DNA of 53,083 nucleotides from Alphaproteobacteria bacterium (lineage in GTDB: Bacteria; Pseudomonadota; Alphaproteobacteria; Rs-D84), in the NCBI GenBank assembly GCA_031549365.1, contig JAVBPX010000014.1:1-53083 (forward strand), written 5' to 3'. Below are positions 8,607 to 18,378 of the stretch, one piece after another. The notes beneath the pieces are model-generated. The model ran no database searches, was not told the origin of the DNA, and saw only the letters and a program-made list of their open reading frames with translations. Position 1 is the stretch's first letter, and every line of letters starts with the position of its first letter. Both the position numbers and the translations under genes were made by a program.

Positions 8607-9077
8607 CTATGCCCGCCCCTGCATGGCATAACGTGCAATTAACTCGGCCTCCATCTCGGCCTGTAATTTAACGAAATAAAAATTCACCCCATTCCAATCA
8701 CGAACTTCTGCATTCTCTAACTTTTTGATTAAAAACAGAGCATCATTAAATCCAACCGGCCTTTGCTTTGACATAAAAATAATTGTTTTTCGCACAGCTT
8801 CCGCCTGCATATATAAATCCGACGCTTTGAATAATTCATCATTAATTAAAATCGGCGATTTCGTATCATCCAATCCAAACATTTTCTTCCCAACCAACAT
8901 TGGTGTTAAAAACCTGTCAAACACAGCCTTGCAATTTGCAATCGCCAAATCTGAAATATCCATCTGCATGGCCTTTGGCAACTCTTGATCTGCACGGCGC
9001 TTTAAAACACTTGGACGCACAACATCTTCGCTGTACACTAAATTTCTTATAACATTTTTAACTGGTACTAATGCCAT
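8607..9077 (-). CDS. Hypothetical protein, probably co-transcribed with mraZ
   Basis: ATG 2 nt after the mraZ stop with a GGAGG RBS; open 156 codons. Confidence 0.7.
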   Translation of the reverse strand: MALVPVKNVIRNLVYSEDVVRPSVLKRRADQELPKAMQMDISDLAIANCKAVFDRFLTPMLVGKKMFGLDDTKSPILINDELFKASDLYMQAEAVRKTIIFMSKQRPVGFNDALFLIKKLENAEVRDWNGVNFYFVKLQAEMEAELIARYAMQGRA

Positions 9078-9078
9078 C

Positions 9079-9537
9079 TTACCCTCCAACTTTGTTCAAA
9101 TATAATGTTGGTCTTGTTTTCTGCAAACGATCCATGGCATCACGCTGCGCTTTGGCAAAATTTTCTGGATTCCAAATCTGAAAAGTATTTCCACGACCAA
9201 CGAATAACGCAACTTCGCCAATATCTGCATGCTTAACTAAATCAGACGGTAAAATCACACGCCCGGTAACATCAAATGATAGCGGCCTAGCATCCGCAAA
9301 TAACATAGCAGTCAAATCATCTTGGGTCGCATCAAACATGCCCATCTGATCTGTGGCTTTGGCCATTTCGTTCATTCTTGACATTGAAACCCCTTCGATA
9401 CATGGGGCGGTAAATGATCTGTATAAAACAACGCCAGCAAAAGGATCATTTGATAATGCGGATCGGAACCCGGCCGGGACGGAAATCCGTCCTTTTGTAT
9501 CCAGGCGATTTTCGAAGACTGATAAGAATAAAGCCAT
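9079..9537 (-). CDS. mraZ: Division/cell wall transcriptional regulator MraZ
   Basis: Two MraZ repeats (LDTKGRISVPAGFR, FDVTGRVILP) and VGRGNTFQIWNP. Confidence 0.93.
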   Translation of the reverse strand: MALFLSVFENRLDTKGRISVPAGFRSALSNDPFAGVVLYRSFTAPCIEGVSMSRMNEMAKATDQMGMFDATQDDLTAMLFADARPLSFDVTGRVILPSDLVKHADIGEVALFVGRGNTFQIWNPENFAKAQRDAMDRLQKTRPTLYLNKVGG

Positions 9538-9585
9538 TTTTTCGACCTTGGTTCCGATTCGTAGTAAATTTATAGCACGCCCCTT

Positions 9586-9633
9586 CATGGTTGTCAATGA
9601 CATTTTCATGTCCTTTTATGGTATTTTATGGGC
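9586..9633. promoter_or_regulatory. Candidate MraZ-binding array (ATGG-like boxes at 10-11 bp spacing)
   Basis: atgg/atga/atgt/atgg/atgg at 9587, 9597, 9608, 9618 and 9628, directly upstream of mraZ. Confidence 0.5.
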
Positions 9634-9775
9634 AAATGACAAAAATCCAAGTAAAATAAAAAAATATTCAAATAAAATCATTTTTTTACTTGACGTCCGA
9701 ATCATTTATTCGCTATGATTCGGGTATCAAAGGAGAAATCCCCAGAATTCCAACAAAAAACAGGAGGAAAAACCC

Positions 9776-10105
9776 ATGACTCAATCCATAAACCAAATCA
9801 TGGAGGCCCTGGACACAGTCCTATCAACAACCGTTTGGGCAAACGGCGACAATGAAATCATAACCCTGGCCGAAGAATTGCACATCGGCAACAATAATGG
9901 CCAACCACGCGCAATCGAAGACCTCGAACGCCTATCCTTGGTTGGCGCCTATGTTGCCCTGCAAATCAAAATGGATTGTTTTGATATCGCAGTCGAAACA
10001 TTGGACGACAACACTTTGGCTACGCGTGTCAAAGAAATGGTTTTCAACGAAGCCAAAAAGATTTTGTCCGGCACATCAATTAACGTCAACCAACGCGTCG
10101 CCTAA
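9776..10105 (+). CDS. Hypothetical protein
   Basis: Strong AGGAGG RBS, upstream TTGACG..TATGAT promoter, host-like codons. Confidence 0.8.
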   Translation: MTQSINQIMEALDTVLSTTVWANGDNEIITLAEELHIGNNNGQPRAIEDLERLSLVGAYVALQIKMDCFDIAVETLDDNTLATRVKEMVFNEAKKILSGTSINVNQRVA

Positions 10106-10179
10106 AATACCTTGGTCCTACCAGCACAGGCTGGGCCCCATTAAAAACCATTGCGCCAGCAATGTACAAAACAAAATAT

Positions 10180-10450
10180 TTTCTTCATTCTGAACTTGTT
10201 TCAGAATCTGAAAATAAAAACCTCGTCGCCTCGCGACACCATATTGTCCCCTCACCCCTTGTGGGAGAGGCAAGAAAATCTAGAAAATTAATTTTCAGAT
10301 TTTTTGGAAAAGCAGAAAAGTAAATATCACCAATTTCCCTAACGGGAAAGGAAGGGAGGAAGAAGGTCCAACGGCAAAAACCGCACGACCTTCTTTTTTT
10401 ATTATAATAATATGTCATTTCGAGCCACACAGTGGCGTGGCAATCTCAGC
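10180..10450. repeat. Cluster of palindromic REP/RPE-like modules
   Basis: ttcattctgaacttgtttcagaatc; gtcgcctcgcgacac (also at ~26912); cccctcacccc..gggagagg+caagaaaatctagaaaa (also at 13565); tgtcatttcga..gtggcaatctc. Confidence 0.8.
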
Positions 10451-10452
10451 AA

Positions 10453-11832
10453 TTATCTTTGATCTTCACGAAAAAATGGTCTAATAATTTTCTGCTCTAT
10501 CTTTTCTCTCGCACTCTTACAATTTTTTATATAAAAAATCGTATCATCAAACGTCATATTTTTCTGTTGGCCTGTTTCCATATCTTTAACAGTAACTGTT
10601 TTATTTTGCTCTTCATCTTCTCCAATCAAAGCGACAAATGGAACACCAATCTTATTTGCATATTGCATTTTTTTTGCAAATTTTGCCCCATTCATAAATA
10701 ATTCAACATTCACTTTTTCTTCTCGCAATCTAGAGGCCAACTTCAAAGCATAGTCCGATTTTTCAGAAAGAGTAGCAATCAAGACAAATGCACAGGTTTT
10801 CGGACCAGGAACCAACAAATTTCTATCTTTCAGCTGATCAAACAATCTGGTTAACCCTATCGATATTCCGACCCCAGGCATTTTTTCATTTGTATAATAT
10901 GACGACAAATTATCGTATCTTCCCCCGGAACAAACACTTCCAATGTCGTTATGTCCGTTAATCATCGTTTCGTAAACAGTCCCTGTATAATAATCTAAAC
11001 CTCTTGTAATACTTAAATCTATTATATAATTTTTATCAGGAACCGATAATTGTTTCAGCCCATTTACAACGTCCTTTAATTCCTTAATTCCGGTCTGAAA
11101 TAACAAATTTTCTATATTATATTTTTCAAGTTTTTGCAAAATCTCAAACGCAGGTCCTTTCTGAGAAACAAAATCTATAAGTTTGATAATATTATCATTG
11201 GGCACTCCGACAGAGTCTAATTCACGAATAACTCCATCTTTACCGATTTTCATGATTTTATCGACAATCCTAAGAGAGTCAGATGTTTGGTTCTTATCAA
11301 ATCCCAAATTCTCGCATAACCCACTTAATATTTTTCTATTATTTATATGAACTTGAAAATCACTTAAACCCAGTGCACTAAACACGTGATAAATAACAGC
11401 CGGCATTTCCGCATCGTACGAAACATCTAAGCTTTCTCGCCCGACAACATCAATATCGCATTGATAAAACTCACGAAAACGCCCCTTTTGTGGACGCTCT
11501 CCACGATAAACTTTTCCAATATGATACCTTTTAAATGGAAAGACTATATCATTTTGGTGCATAACAACGTATCTTGCCAAAGGAACCGTCAAATCAAACC
11601 TCAAGGCTAAATCTGTATCGCCTTTCTTAAAACTATAAATTTGCTTCTCTGTTTCCCCACCGGCTTTTGCCAACAAAACCTCTGACAATTCCATAACGGG
11701 CGTATCAATCGGCACAAAACCAAAAGATTCAAAAACTTCTGAAACCACTCTTTGCATTTTACTCATAACCAACTGATCCGCTGGTGACAACTCCATAAAT
11801 CCAGAAGGAATACGCGGTGCTACTTTTGACAT
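10453..11832 (-). CDS. hisS: Histidyl-tRNA synthetase
   Basis: LRFDLTVPLARY, YRGERPQKGRFREFYQCD, RGLDYYTG, GGRYD and an anticodon-binding domain, plus a short extra C-terminal tail. Confidence 0.96.
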   Translation of the reverse strand: MSKVAPRIPSGFMELSPADQLVMSKMQRVVSEVFESFGFVPIDTPVMELSEVLLAKAGGETEKQIYSFKKGDTDLALRFDLTVPLARYVVMHQNDIVFPFKRYHIGKVYRGERPQKGRFREFYQCDIDVVGRESLDVSYDAEMPAVIYHVFSALGLSDFQVHINNRKILSGLCENLGFDKNQTSDSLRIVDKIMKIGKDGVIRELDSVGVPNDNIIKLIDFVSQKGPAFEILQKLEKYNIENLLFQTGIKELKDVVNGLKQLSVPDKNYIIDLSITRGLDYYTGTVYETMINGHNDIGSVCSGGRYDNLSSYYTNEKMPGVGISIGLTRLFDQLKDRNLLVPGPKTCAFVLIATLSEKSDYALKLASRLREEKVNVELFMNGAKFAKKMQYANKIGVPFVALIGEDEEQNKTVTVKDMETGQQKNMTFDDTIFYIKNCKSAREKIEQKIIRPFFREDQR

Positions 11833-11865
11833 AAAATCTCCATTTTAATTATGTTATCACAAATC

Positions 11866-11895
11866 TAAGGCAAAGTATGAAAAAACTTTGCCTTA
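11866..11895 (-). promoter_or_regulatory. 11-bp hairpin between the peptide ORF and hisS (terminator, stabiliser or attenuator)
   Basis: taaggcaaagt / actttgcctta perfect stem with an 8-nt loop. Confidence 0.6.
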
Positions 11896-11902
11896 AATAA
11901 AA

Positions 11903-11980
11903 TCAATCATGACAACGTTCGTTTGCTTTTGTTCCGATGGAATTAATTCCCGCAACTGTTTTAACTGCAACTATTTTCAT
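11903..11980 (-). CDS. Putative RiPP precursor peptide MKIVAVKTVAGINSIGTKANERCHD (25 aa)
   Basis: Translated by hand. AAAGGGGGTGAT RBS just before the ATG; starts 22 nt after the radical SAM stop; single Cys near the C-terminus. Confidence 0.8.
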   Translation of the reverse strand: MKIVAVKTVAGINSIGTKANERCHD

Positions 11981-12001
11981 ATCTATCACCCCCTTTTTCT
12001 G

Positions 12002-13309
12002 TTAATTGTTTAAAAATGTTGACTGATAAAAACGATATAAAACGTATGGCATAATTCGCTTTATTATCTCACATCGATAATTATCAACCTCTGTACTACA
12101 ACCTGTTCCCCTATAATTACGCGTCGGACACCCTCCGCCGCAAAAAAATTGCAGCGCGCACTCCTTACATCTTTCTCTTTCCACCGATGTGTGGCAACCT
12201 CTTTTTGCCTCTCTTCTGGAATCATAACCAAACTCAAACGTTTTACTATCTGGGCAATATTCTCCAACCCCCAAAGCATCAAAAAGTTCATGATCTTTAT
12301 TCTGAACCTCTACACACGTACTCATAACCCCAGAAGGGCTAATAACCAATCTGTTATTAACATTCCCGTCACAAAATATTATTGGGGCAACCAACATGTT
12401 CATATAAGGAAAGCATATTATATCCACTCCTAATTCCGCACCCAGCTCAATACAAGATTTTAATTTATCCGCAAAATCATTGGCTGATGGGGGTTGCAAT
12501 TTACTATCGCCTGTCTGACCTCTTCCTCCCGGGGTAACTGGCTCAAAATGAATTTTATTAATGCCCAAACCAGCTAAATACCTAACAGATTCTTCCATAT
12601 ATCTTAATGAATACTCTGTAACAGTGGATCTTATTTTGATGTCTAACCCTTTGCCAACTAAGCCTCTTATTGTTTTTTCTACTGCCACAGAAGTGGCTAC
12701 CCCACCGTGTGTTGGGCGATGATAATCTTGTACTTCCGGAATACCGTCCATAGACAGACTGATTTTAAAATTATTTTCAATCAGAAAATCCAATGCCTCT
12801 TTTGATAAAACACCGTTTGTTGTTATAGCATATTTAAATACATTCTCGCTATTCTCAGAAATTTTTTTTGAGTATGAAATCATTTCCTTCAACAATGAAA
12901 ATTCTGTCGTTGGCTCCCCACCAAATGCGGCAAGTGTTATTTCTCTCCCTTTCGCCAAAGAACATGATAAATCAATTCCCTTGCGCAACAATTCACCCGA
13001 CATCACTTTTCCAATATTAAGAGCATCTAAAAAACAATATCTGCACCGACAGTTACAACGCTCGGTCAAAGAAAGGACAACTGTCAGTTCATCACTTAAA
13101 TTTTGCTTTATGTTTTTCAAACAATCAAAAACGCCATTTTTTAAAGCATACTCATACAATTCTTTTGAATCTGATTCTTCCAAACCTAATTTACACGCCG
13201 TAAACTCGCCATTAATATTTGTAAAAACAATTAAAAACTTTTTTTCTTCTTCCAAGACTTCAATCGCAGGCAAGCCATGCCATAAAGTTGTACTGATAAA
13301 ATTTTGCAT
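12002..13309 (-). CDS. Radical SAM/SPASM-domain protein (peptide maturase-like)
   Basis: CNCRCRYC (CxxxCxxC), FGGEP, ITTNG, ISLSMDG; SPASM cysteines C..C..CKEC-x5-CGGGC..C; ~75-aa N-terminal extension. Confidence 0.93.
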   Translation of the reverse strand: MQNFISTTLWHGLPAIEVLEEEKKFLIVFTNINGEFTACKLGLEESDSKELYEYALKNGVFDCLKNIKQNLSDELTVVLSLTERCNCRCRYCFLDALNIGKVMSGELLRKGIDLSCSLAKGREITLAAFGGEPTTEFSLLKEMISYSKKISENSENVFKYAITTNGVLSKEALDFLIENNFKISLSMDGIPEVQDYHRPTHGGVATSVAVEKTIRGLVGKGLDIKIRSTVTEYSLRYMEESVRYLAGLGINKIHFEPVTPGGRGQTGDSKLQPPSANDFADKLKSCIELGAELGVDIICFPYMNMLVAPIIFCDGNVNNRLVISPSGVMSTCVEVQNKDHELFDALGVGEYCPDSKTFEFGYDSRREAKRGCHTSVERERCKECALQFFCGGGCPTRNYRGTGCSTEVDNYRCEIIKRIMPYVLYRFYQSTFLNN

Positions 13310-13523
13310 ACGTTCGCTCCAAATTATTCAGAAACAGATACTTTCTACCAATTTCCATCACATAATTTATACTAGAGCAAATTACAAATTGCAAGTTTTA
13401 TTTGAAATTTAAATGATTTTCTACCATAAATAGAATTAATCCCCCATTTTTCTACCTTATATACCATAATTTGCAACCGCTCCAAAAACGTGCTATAATC
13501 TGTCCGAACAATTGGAAACTCTA

Positions 13524-14321
13524 ATGAAAAAACTATCCGCAATCACAAATCTAAAATCTCATTTCCCTCGCCCCTTGGGGGAGAGGCAAGAAAATCTAGA
13601 AAACTTATTTTCAGATTTTCTAGAGAGGGGTAAAAAAACATATATCGCGACAAGCGCCCTCATCTTACTCTCTACGCCAACATTCGCATCCATCCCTGAA
13701 TGGTTGAACGATTTCACAGTTGGCGGCGGATACGGGGCAGTAACGGGATTCAACGGCCAAATCGGATACCGTCCAAAAAAATCGCAACTCGGACTCCGCT
13801 TTGATATAAACGCGCTTCCTTCTTGGAATCCCCCATTTATCTTTTGGAATGGCAATTTTAATGTAGATATTCGGGGCGTCCCGGTACATTTCGATCTAAC
13901 CCGCAGCAACGTTGATTTAAAACATTTCAGTGCGGGCTTACTTCTCGATTATTATTTCGAACAATCCGACTTATTCGTGTCGGCTGGATTATATTATTCC
14001 GATGCAACCGTACACACAGACCAAACCCGCACAATAATACCAAACCTGTGGGATGTATCGGCAACAGCCAACATGTCCTGGCCCGATCGATTTACACCAT
14101 ATATTGGAATTGGCTATGATTGGAAATTGTGGAAACAATTATATTTAAAACCCGAATTCGGAGTAATGTATGTCGGCAAACCCAAAACAGAATTAATTGT
14201 CTCGGGAATTCCACAATTAACTCCGGAACAACTAGCAAATGCAAACCGCGGTTTTTCTGACAAGGTCAGCGTTGCACAATTCTATCCTATGGTGCGCCTC
14301 TCCACCATCTGGAAATTCTAG
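13524..14321 (+). CDS. Outer-membrane beta-barrel protein
   Basis: Signal peptide (..TPTFA), amphipathic beta strands, PYIGIGY, terminal aromatic ..IWKF. Confidence 0.82.
   Translation: MKKLSAITNLKSHFPRPLGERQENLENLFSDFLERGKKTYIATSALILLSTPTFASIPEWLNDFTVGGGYGAVTGFNGQIGYRPKKSQLGLRFDINALPSWNPPFIFWNGNFNVDIRGVPVHFDLTRSNVDLKHFSAGLLLDYYFEQSDLFVSAGLYYSDATVHTDQTRTIIPNLWDVSATANMSWPDRFTPYIGIGYDWKLWKQLYLKPEFGVMYVGKPKTELIVSGIPQLTPEQLANANRGFSDKVSVAQFYPMVRLSTIWKF
13565..13630 (+). repeat. Palindromic element inserted in frame in the OMP signal peptide region
   Basis: 66 bp, closely matching the intergenic copy at ~10248-10305. Confidence 0.85.
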
Positions 14322-14383
14322 AAACAGAAACAACCATTAGTGATGTCATTACTGCTGCACAAAGCAATTTCTGCAAACCACCC

Positions 14384-14845
14384 CTACATCGCCCCGGTTG
14401 ACCCAAATCCTCCGATACCTCTATCGGTCTCGGACAATTCATCAACAAATTCAATCCTCGGCTTTAACACAGGGGCTACAACCATCTGCTTAATCCTCTC
14501 ACCCTTTTTGACTTCAAACGACTGATCTGTAATATTTGTAACACTCATTCCTACATAACCGCGATACGAAAAATCAATCGTCCCAAAATGCCCAACGATT
14601 CCCTTCTTGGATAAACTAGATCTCGGCCTTAATTGAATTTCAAAATTATCGCTTTCGCAATCTGAAATTTCCATCGCAACACCCGATTTAATAATTTTTG
14701 TCTCACCCGGCATTAATAAAAAATCATCTTCGACCGAACGCAAATCAATCCCAGAATCTCCATGCAACCATTCAATCCCACGGGATTCGGAATTCAAATA
14801 AATATCACGAACCTCATCTGATAAAAATTTAATTTTTAATTTCAT
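14384..14845 (-). CDS. dut: dUTP diphosphatase
   Basis: SGIDL, PRSSL, GTIDFSYRG, RIKQ and RGIGGFGSTG motifs. Confidence 0.95.
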   Translation of the reverse strand: MKLKIKFLSDEVRDIYLNSESRGIEWLHGDSGIDLRSVEDDFLLMPGETKIIKSGVAMEISDCESDNFEIQLRPRSSLSKKGIVGHFGTIDFSYRGYVGMSVTNITDQSFEVKKGERIKQMVVAPVLKPRIEFVDELSETDRGIGGFGSTGAM

Positions 14846-15066
14846 AATAATCTCCTTGGATAATTTCTGAAAAAATTATAAACAACCAGGCACCAAAAAA
14901 TCAATCCAAATCAAATTAATTTTTTACAAAACTGTCATGTAAATAATTCCAATTTTTTTATTTTTCCGAAATCTTCGCTACCTTTGACCACACGATGAAC
15001 ATCACCAAATACTTCCTATTATTTTGCTAAAAAATAAAATGCCCGGCAAATCTGCCGAATATAAAT

Positions 15067-15780
15067 TTAATCAAAATTATCTATCACATCATTAATAACA
15101 ACGGATGCCGCACGAACTCCGATTCCTGCCGTCATCGTCATCATGCTGGGCAAAACCCTGGCCGAATCCCTGGCGGCCGCAACATCGGGTGCAATGCATT
15201 CATCCGAATAAACCGCAATAATTTTGGATAAATCAACCGAACGCTCTTTTAAACCATGGCGAACAGCCTTGGCCAGCGAACAACCGGATGTTTGATTCAT
15301 TGAACCAACTTTAATCCGCGATAAATCGCGTTTTTGCGCAGCCCCCATGGACGATACAACCATAATATTTTGATCCACACATGCTGTCAACAATGAAACC
15401 TTGGCCCGAACATCATCAATTGCATCCACAACAATATTCGGAGAAATATTATCCAACAATTTCGACACATTATCGCTATCAACTTTAATCGCCAAACTCA
15501 ATATTTCACAATCTGGATTAATATCCAAAATACGATCATGCATAACATCAACTTTTAATTTGCCAACGGTCGAATGTAATGCCACAATCTGACGATTTAT
15601 ATTTGATTCTTCCACTCGATCAAAATCAACAATCGTAATACGCCCAACACCTGCGCGCGCCAAAACCTCGGTCGCCATTCCGCCCACAGCACCAATACCA
15701 ACCACCATAACATGCAAAGCGCGCAACCGGGCCATCGCATCTATCCCAATTAATAACTCTGTCCTATCAAAAGCCCCCAT
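15067..15780 (-). CDS. tcdA: tRNA threonylcarbamoyladenosine dehydratase (ThiF family)
   Basis: RTELLIG, VGIGAVG, SNINRQ, VDAID, SSMGAA, AVYSDE. Confidence 0.85.
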   Translation of the reverse strand: MGAFDRTELLIGIDAMARLRALHVMVVGIGAVGGMATEVLARAGVGRITIVDFDRVEESNINRQIVALHSTVGKLKVDVMHDRILDINPDCEILSLAIKVDSDNVSKLLDNISPNIVVDAIDDVRAKVSLLTACVDQNIMVVSSMGAAQKRDLSRIKVGSMNQTSGCSLAKAVRHGLKERSVDLSKIIAVYSDECIAPDVAAARDSARVLPSMMTMTAGIGVRAASVVINDVIDNFD

Positions 15781-15858
15781 ATTAAATCCTTTTAAATAAC
15801 TTAAAGATGAATTCATCCAAAATTTATAAAAAACTTATAAAAACACGTCAAAGTTGGA

Positions 15859-15991
15859 TGAATGGGCGCATTTTCGACTATGCCGAATCTGAATTAACGC
15901 TTGCGCCGCTTGCCTGTCGGTAACGACCGGGAACTCATAAATTTTTATCATTGCCATTCAAAAATTAATTCATTCCGGGGTCGGCTTCAAC
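15859..15991. repeat. Dispersed hairpin element; inverted homolog at 43938-44048
   Basis: Reverse complement gttgaagccgaccccgg..tgaatgg..ggtcgttaccgacaggcaagc aligns with gtcgaaaccgacccccg..tgaatgg..ggtcgttaccgacgggcaaac. Confidence 0.75.
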
Positions 15992-15995
15992 GTTT

Positions 15996-17261
15996 TTACG
16001 AATTCATGGAATTGAAAAAGTCCTGATTGGTTTTGGTAACACGTAACTTATCCAATAAAAATTCCATCGCTTCTAATGTGCCCATTGGATTAATTACACG
16101 ACGCAAAACCCACATACGTTGTAATGTTTCTTTGTCGACCAATAAATCCTCTTTACGAGTTCCAGACTTTGTAATATCAATGGCTGGATAAACACGCTTA
16201 TCGGACAATTTGCGATCCAAAATAATTTCGGAATTTCCTGTACCTTTGAACTCTTCAAAAATAACTTCGTCCATTCTAGACCCAGTTTCAATTAACGCAG
16301 TCGCGATAATTGTTAATGATCCACCTTCTTCGATATTACGAGCGGCACCAAAAAATCTCTTTGGGCGCTGTAATGCATGGGCATCAACACCACCTGTTAA
16401 AACCTTACCGGACGATGGCACAACAGTATTGTATGCACGGGCCAACCTAGTAATAGAATCCAACAAAATCACAACATCTTCGCCCATTTCGACTAAACGC
16501 TTTGCTTTTTCAATAACCATCTCGGCAACTTGAACGTGTCGGGACGCAGGCTCGTCAAAGGTCGAAGAAATAACTTCCCCCTTAACCGAACGTTGCATAT
16601 CAGTAACTTCTTCTGGACGTTCATCAATTAATAAAACGATTAATTTAACTTTTGGATGATTTGTTGCAATCGAATGCGCAATATTTTGCAACATAACGGT
16701 CTTACCGGTACGCGGTGGCGCAACGATCAAAGAACGCTGTCCCTTACCCGTCGGGGCAATCAAATCAATAACACGCGATGCCAATGCACGCCCTTTTTCT
16801 TTCTCATCTGGAATTTCCATGTTCAACATTTCATCCGGATATAGCGGAGTCATATCATCAAAAGGAACACGATGCTTTAACTTATCCAAATCGCCATCAT
16901 TAACGCGTTCAATTGAATCTAATGCAAAATATCTTTCACCTTCGCGTGGCGCCTGAATAATACCTTCGACATAATCACCTGTTTTTAAACCATACTTTTT
17001 AACCAAATTTGGTGAAACATATAAATCATCCGGCCCGGCCAAATAATTGGCTTCTGGACTGCGCAAAAAACCAAATCCATCCGGCATGCGCTCCAAAACT
17101 CCGTCCCCTATTAATGTAACATCATCGGACGCAGCCATCGCCTTCAACACTGAAAACCGTAATTGCTGAACATTCATCTGGCTTGGGTTTTCAATCCCCA
17201 TTTTTTCGGCTTCTGTAATTAATTGCGCCGGACTTTTTGATTTTAATTCTTTAACATGCAT
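15996..17261 (-). CDS. rho: Transcription termination factor Rho
   Basis: [43 protein letters not shown]. Start placed at MHVKELK (GAGG RBS). Confidence 0.97.
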   Translation of the reverse strand: MHVKELKSKSPAQLITEAEKMGIENPSQMNVQQLRFSVLKAMAASDDVTLIGDGVLERMPDGFGFLRSPEANYLAGPDDLYVSPNLVKKYGLKTGDYVEGIIQAPREGERYFALDSIERVNDGDLDKLKHRVPFDDMTPLYPDEMLNMEIPDEKEKGRALASRVIDLIAPTGKGQRSLIVAPPRTGKTVMLQNIAHSIATNHPKVKLIVLLIDERPEEVTDMQRSVKGEVISSTFDEPASRHVQVAEMVIEKAKRLVEMGEDVVILLDSITRLARAYNTVVPSSGKVLTGGVDAHALQRPKRFFGAARNIEEGGSLTIIATALIETGSRMDEVIFEEFKGTGNSEIILDRKLSDKRVYPAIDITKSGTRKEDLLVDKETLQRMWVLRRVINPMGTLEAMEFLLDKLRVTKTNQDFFNSMNS

Positions 17262-17585
17262 AATTTTTCCTCTATATTTTTTTGTCATCCTTACGATCTC
17301 TGATCGTGTAATGGATTTTTTCCTTTGTTTTTCCGACAAAGGTCGGATTTTCTTTTGTCATAGCCATGACATCATAACGCCGTGACAATCTTTGCAACTA
17401 AAATCGCGCCAAACCTGACACAAAATTTAATATCAACAAAATGTAACTGGAAACTTTCGGTCGCTTGACCTTTTACATCCAACCGATCGGCAGGACACAG
17501 ATAACATAGCATCAAAAACCCCAAAAGTCAAGCCATTTGAAAAATTCCCTTGCTTTTGTCAACCGACATCCATAATATCAAACCC

Positions 17586-18224
17586 ATGAAAAACGAAACG
17601 TATGAAAAATTTATGTTATTTGAAAGCGATGATTTTTTTAAAATTCTGTCGCGCCATAACTCATTAACATTTCGTTTGGGCCTTGCTATCAACGGAACTG
17701 CGGACGATCTAAAAAATATTGAACCTGGACGCCTGTTTGTATTTCAAAAATTCATGACTATTATTGGCGCAGGAATCAAATTCACCAACATTCCATTTGA
17801 TACAAATTGCCTTAAAAGCCTTCGCGACTTATCAATATCCACACACAATGAATCGATAAACCTTATTGGCTCTGCAAATCAATTTTTAAATGTATCTGAC
17901 GGCCAAAATAAAAACTTAACCATCGGACATCGTTCCAAAACCGTATACGCAAATAATAATACTTTTGAAAACGTAACTATTCCTGGACACAACAATGTTC
18001 AACGATTATATATATCCGATAATAAAAAACCAATATCTGAATTAAATTTACATCTCTGCCAAAACTTAATTATATGTGATTTAACGGGGACAACTGTAAA
18101 CCGCCTTGTAATCAAACCAGAACAAGCGCCCATGATTGACGGTATTTCGGAATCCGAAAAAATAACCGGAATAAAAAACTATTACGAAACTTTTGTCTGC
18201 AACACCTGCCAAAAACATAAATAA
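17586..18224 (+). CDS. Hypothetical protein with leucine-rich-repeat-like strands
   Basis: LKSLRDLSIS, VQRLYISDN, ISELNLHLCQNL..CDLTGT. Confidence 0.6.
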   Translation: MKNETYEKFMLFESDDFFKILSRHNSLTFRLGLAINGTADDLKNIEPGRLFVFQKFMTIIGAGIKFTNIPFDTNCLKSLRDLSISTHNESINLIGSANQFLNVSDGQNKNLTIGHRSKTVYANNNTFENVTIPGHNNVQRLYISDNKKPISELNLHLCQNLIICDLTGTTVNRLVIKPEQAPMIDGISESEKITGIKNYYETFVCNTCQKHK

Positions 18225-18258
18225 TTTAAAAACCATTCAAAATCGGTTATGTTTCGAC

Positions 18259-18378
18259 AAAATTAATCAAAACGAGACATAGACGTTTTGTTTTTGAAAA
18301 CCCGAAGGGCGCGTATATAAACATACGAAACCGAGGGTTTTGAAAAAAACGACCTAGATGGCAATTTTCATTAATTTT
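18259..18378. repeat. Long imperfect palindrome (3'-end hairpin family), overlaps the last codons of bamD
   Basis: Outer arms aaaattaat-c-aaaa / tttt-c-attaatttt; apex cgtat-ataaac-atacg. Confidence 0.75.

Noticed and set aside
12002-13309. Anaerobic sulfatase maturase as the enzyme's role
   Set aside because: Same superfamily, but no sulfatase nearby and a well-formed small ORF is adjacent. Not fully excluded.
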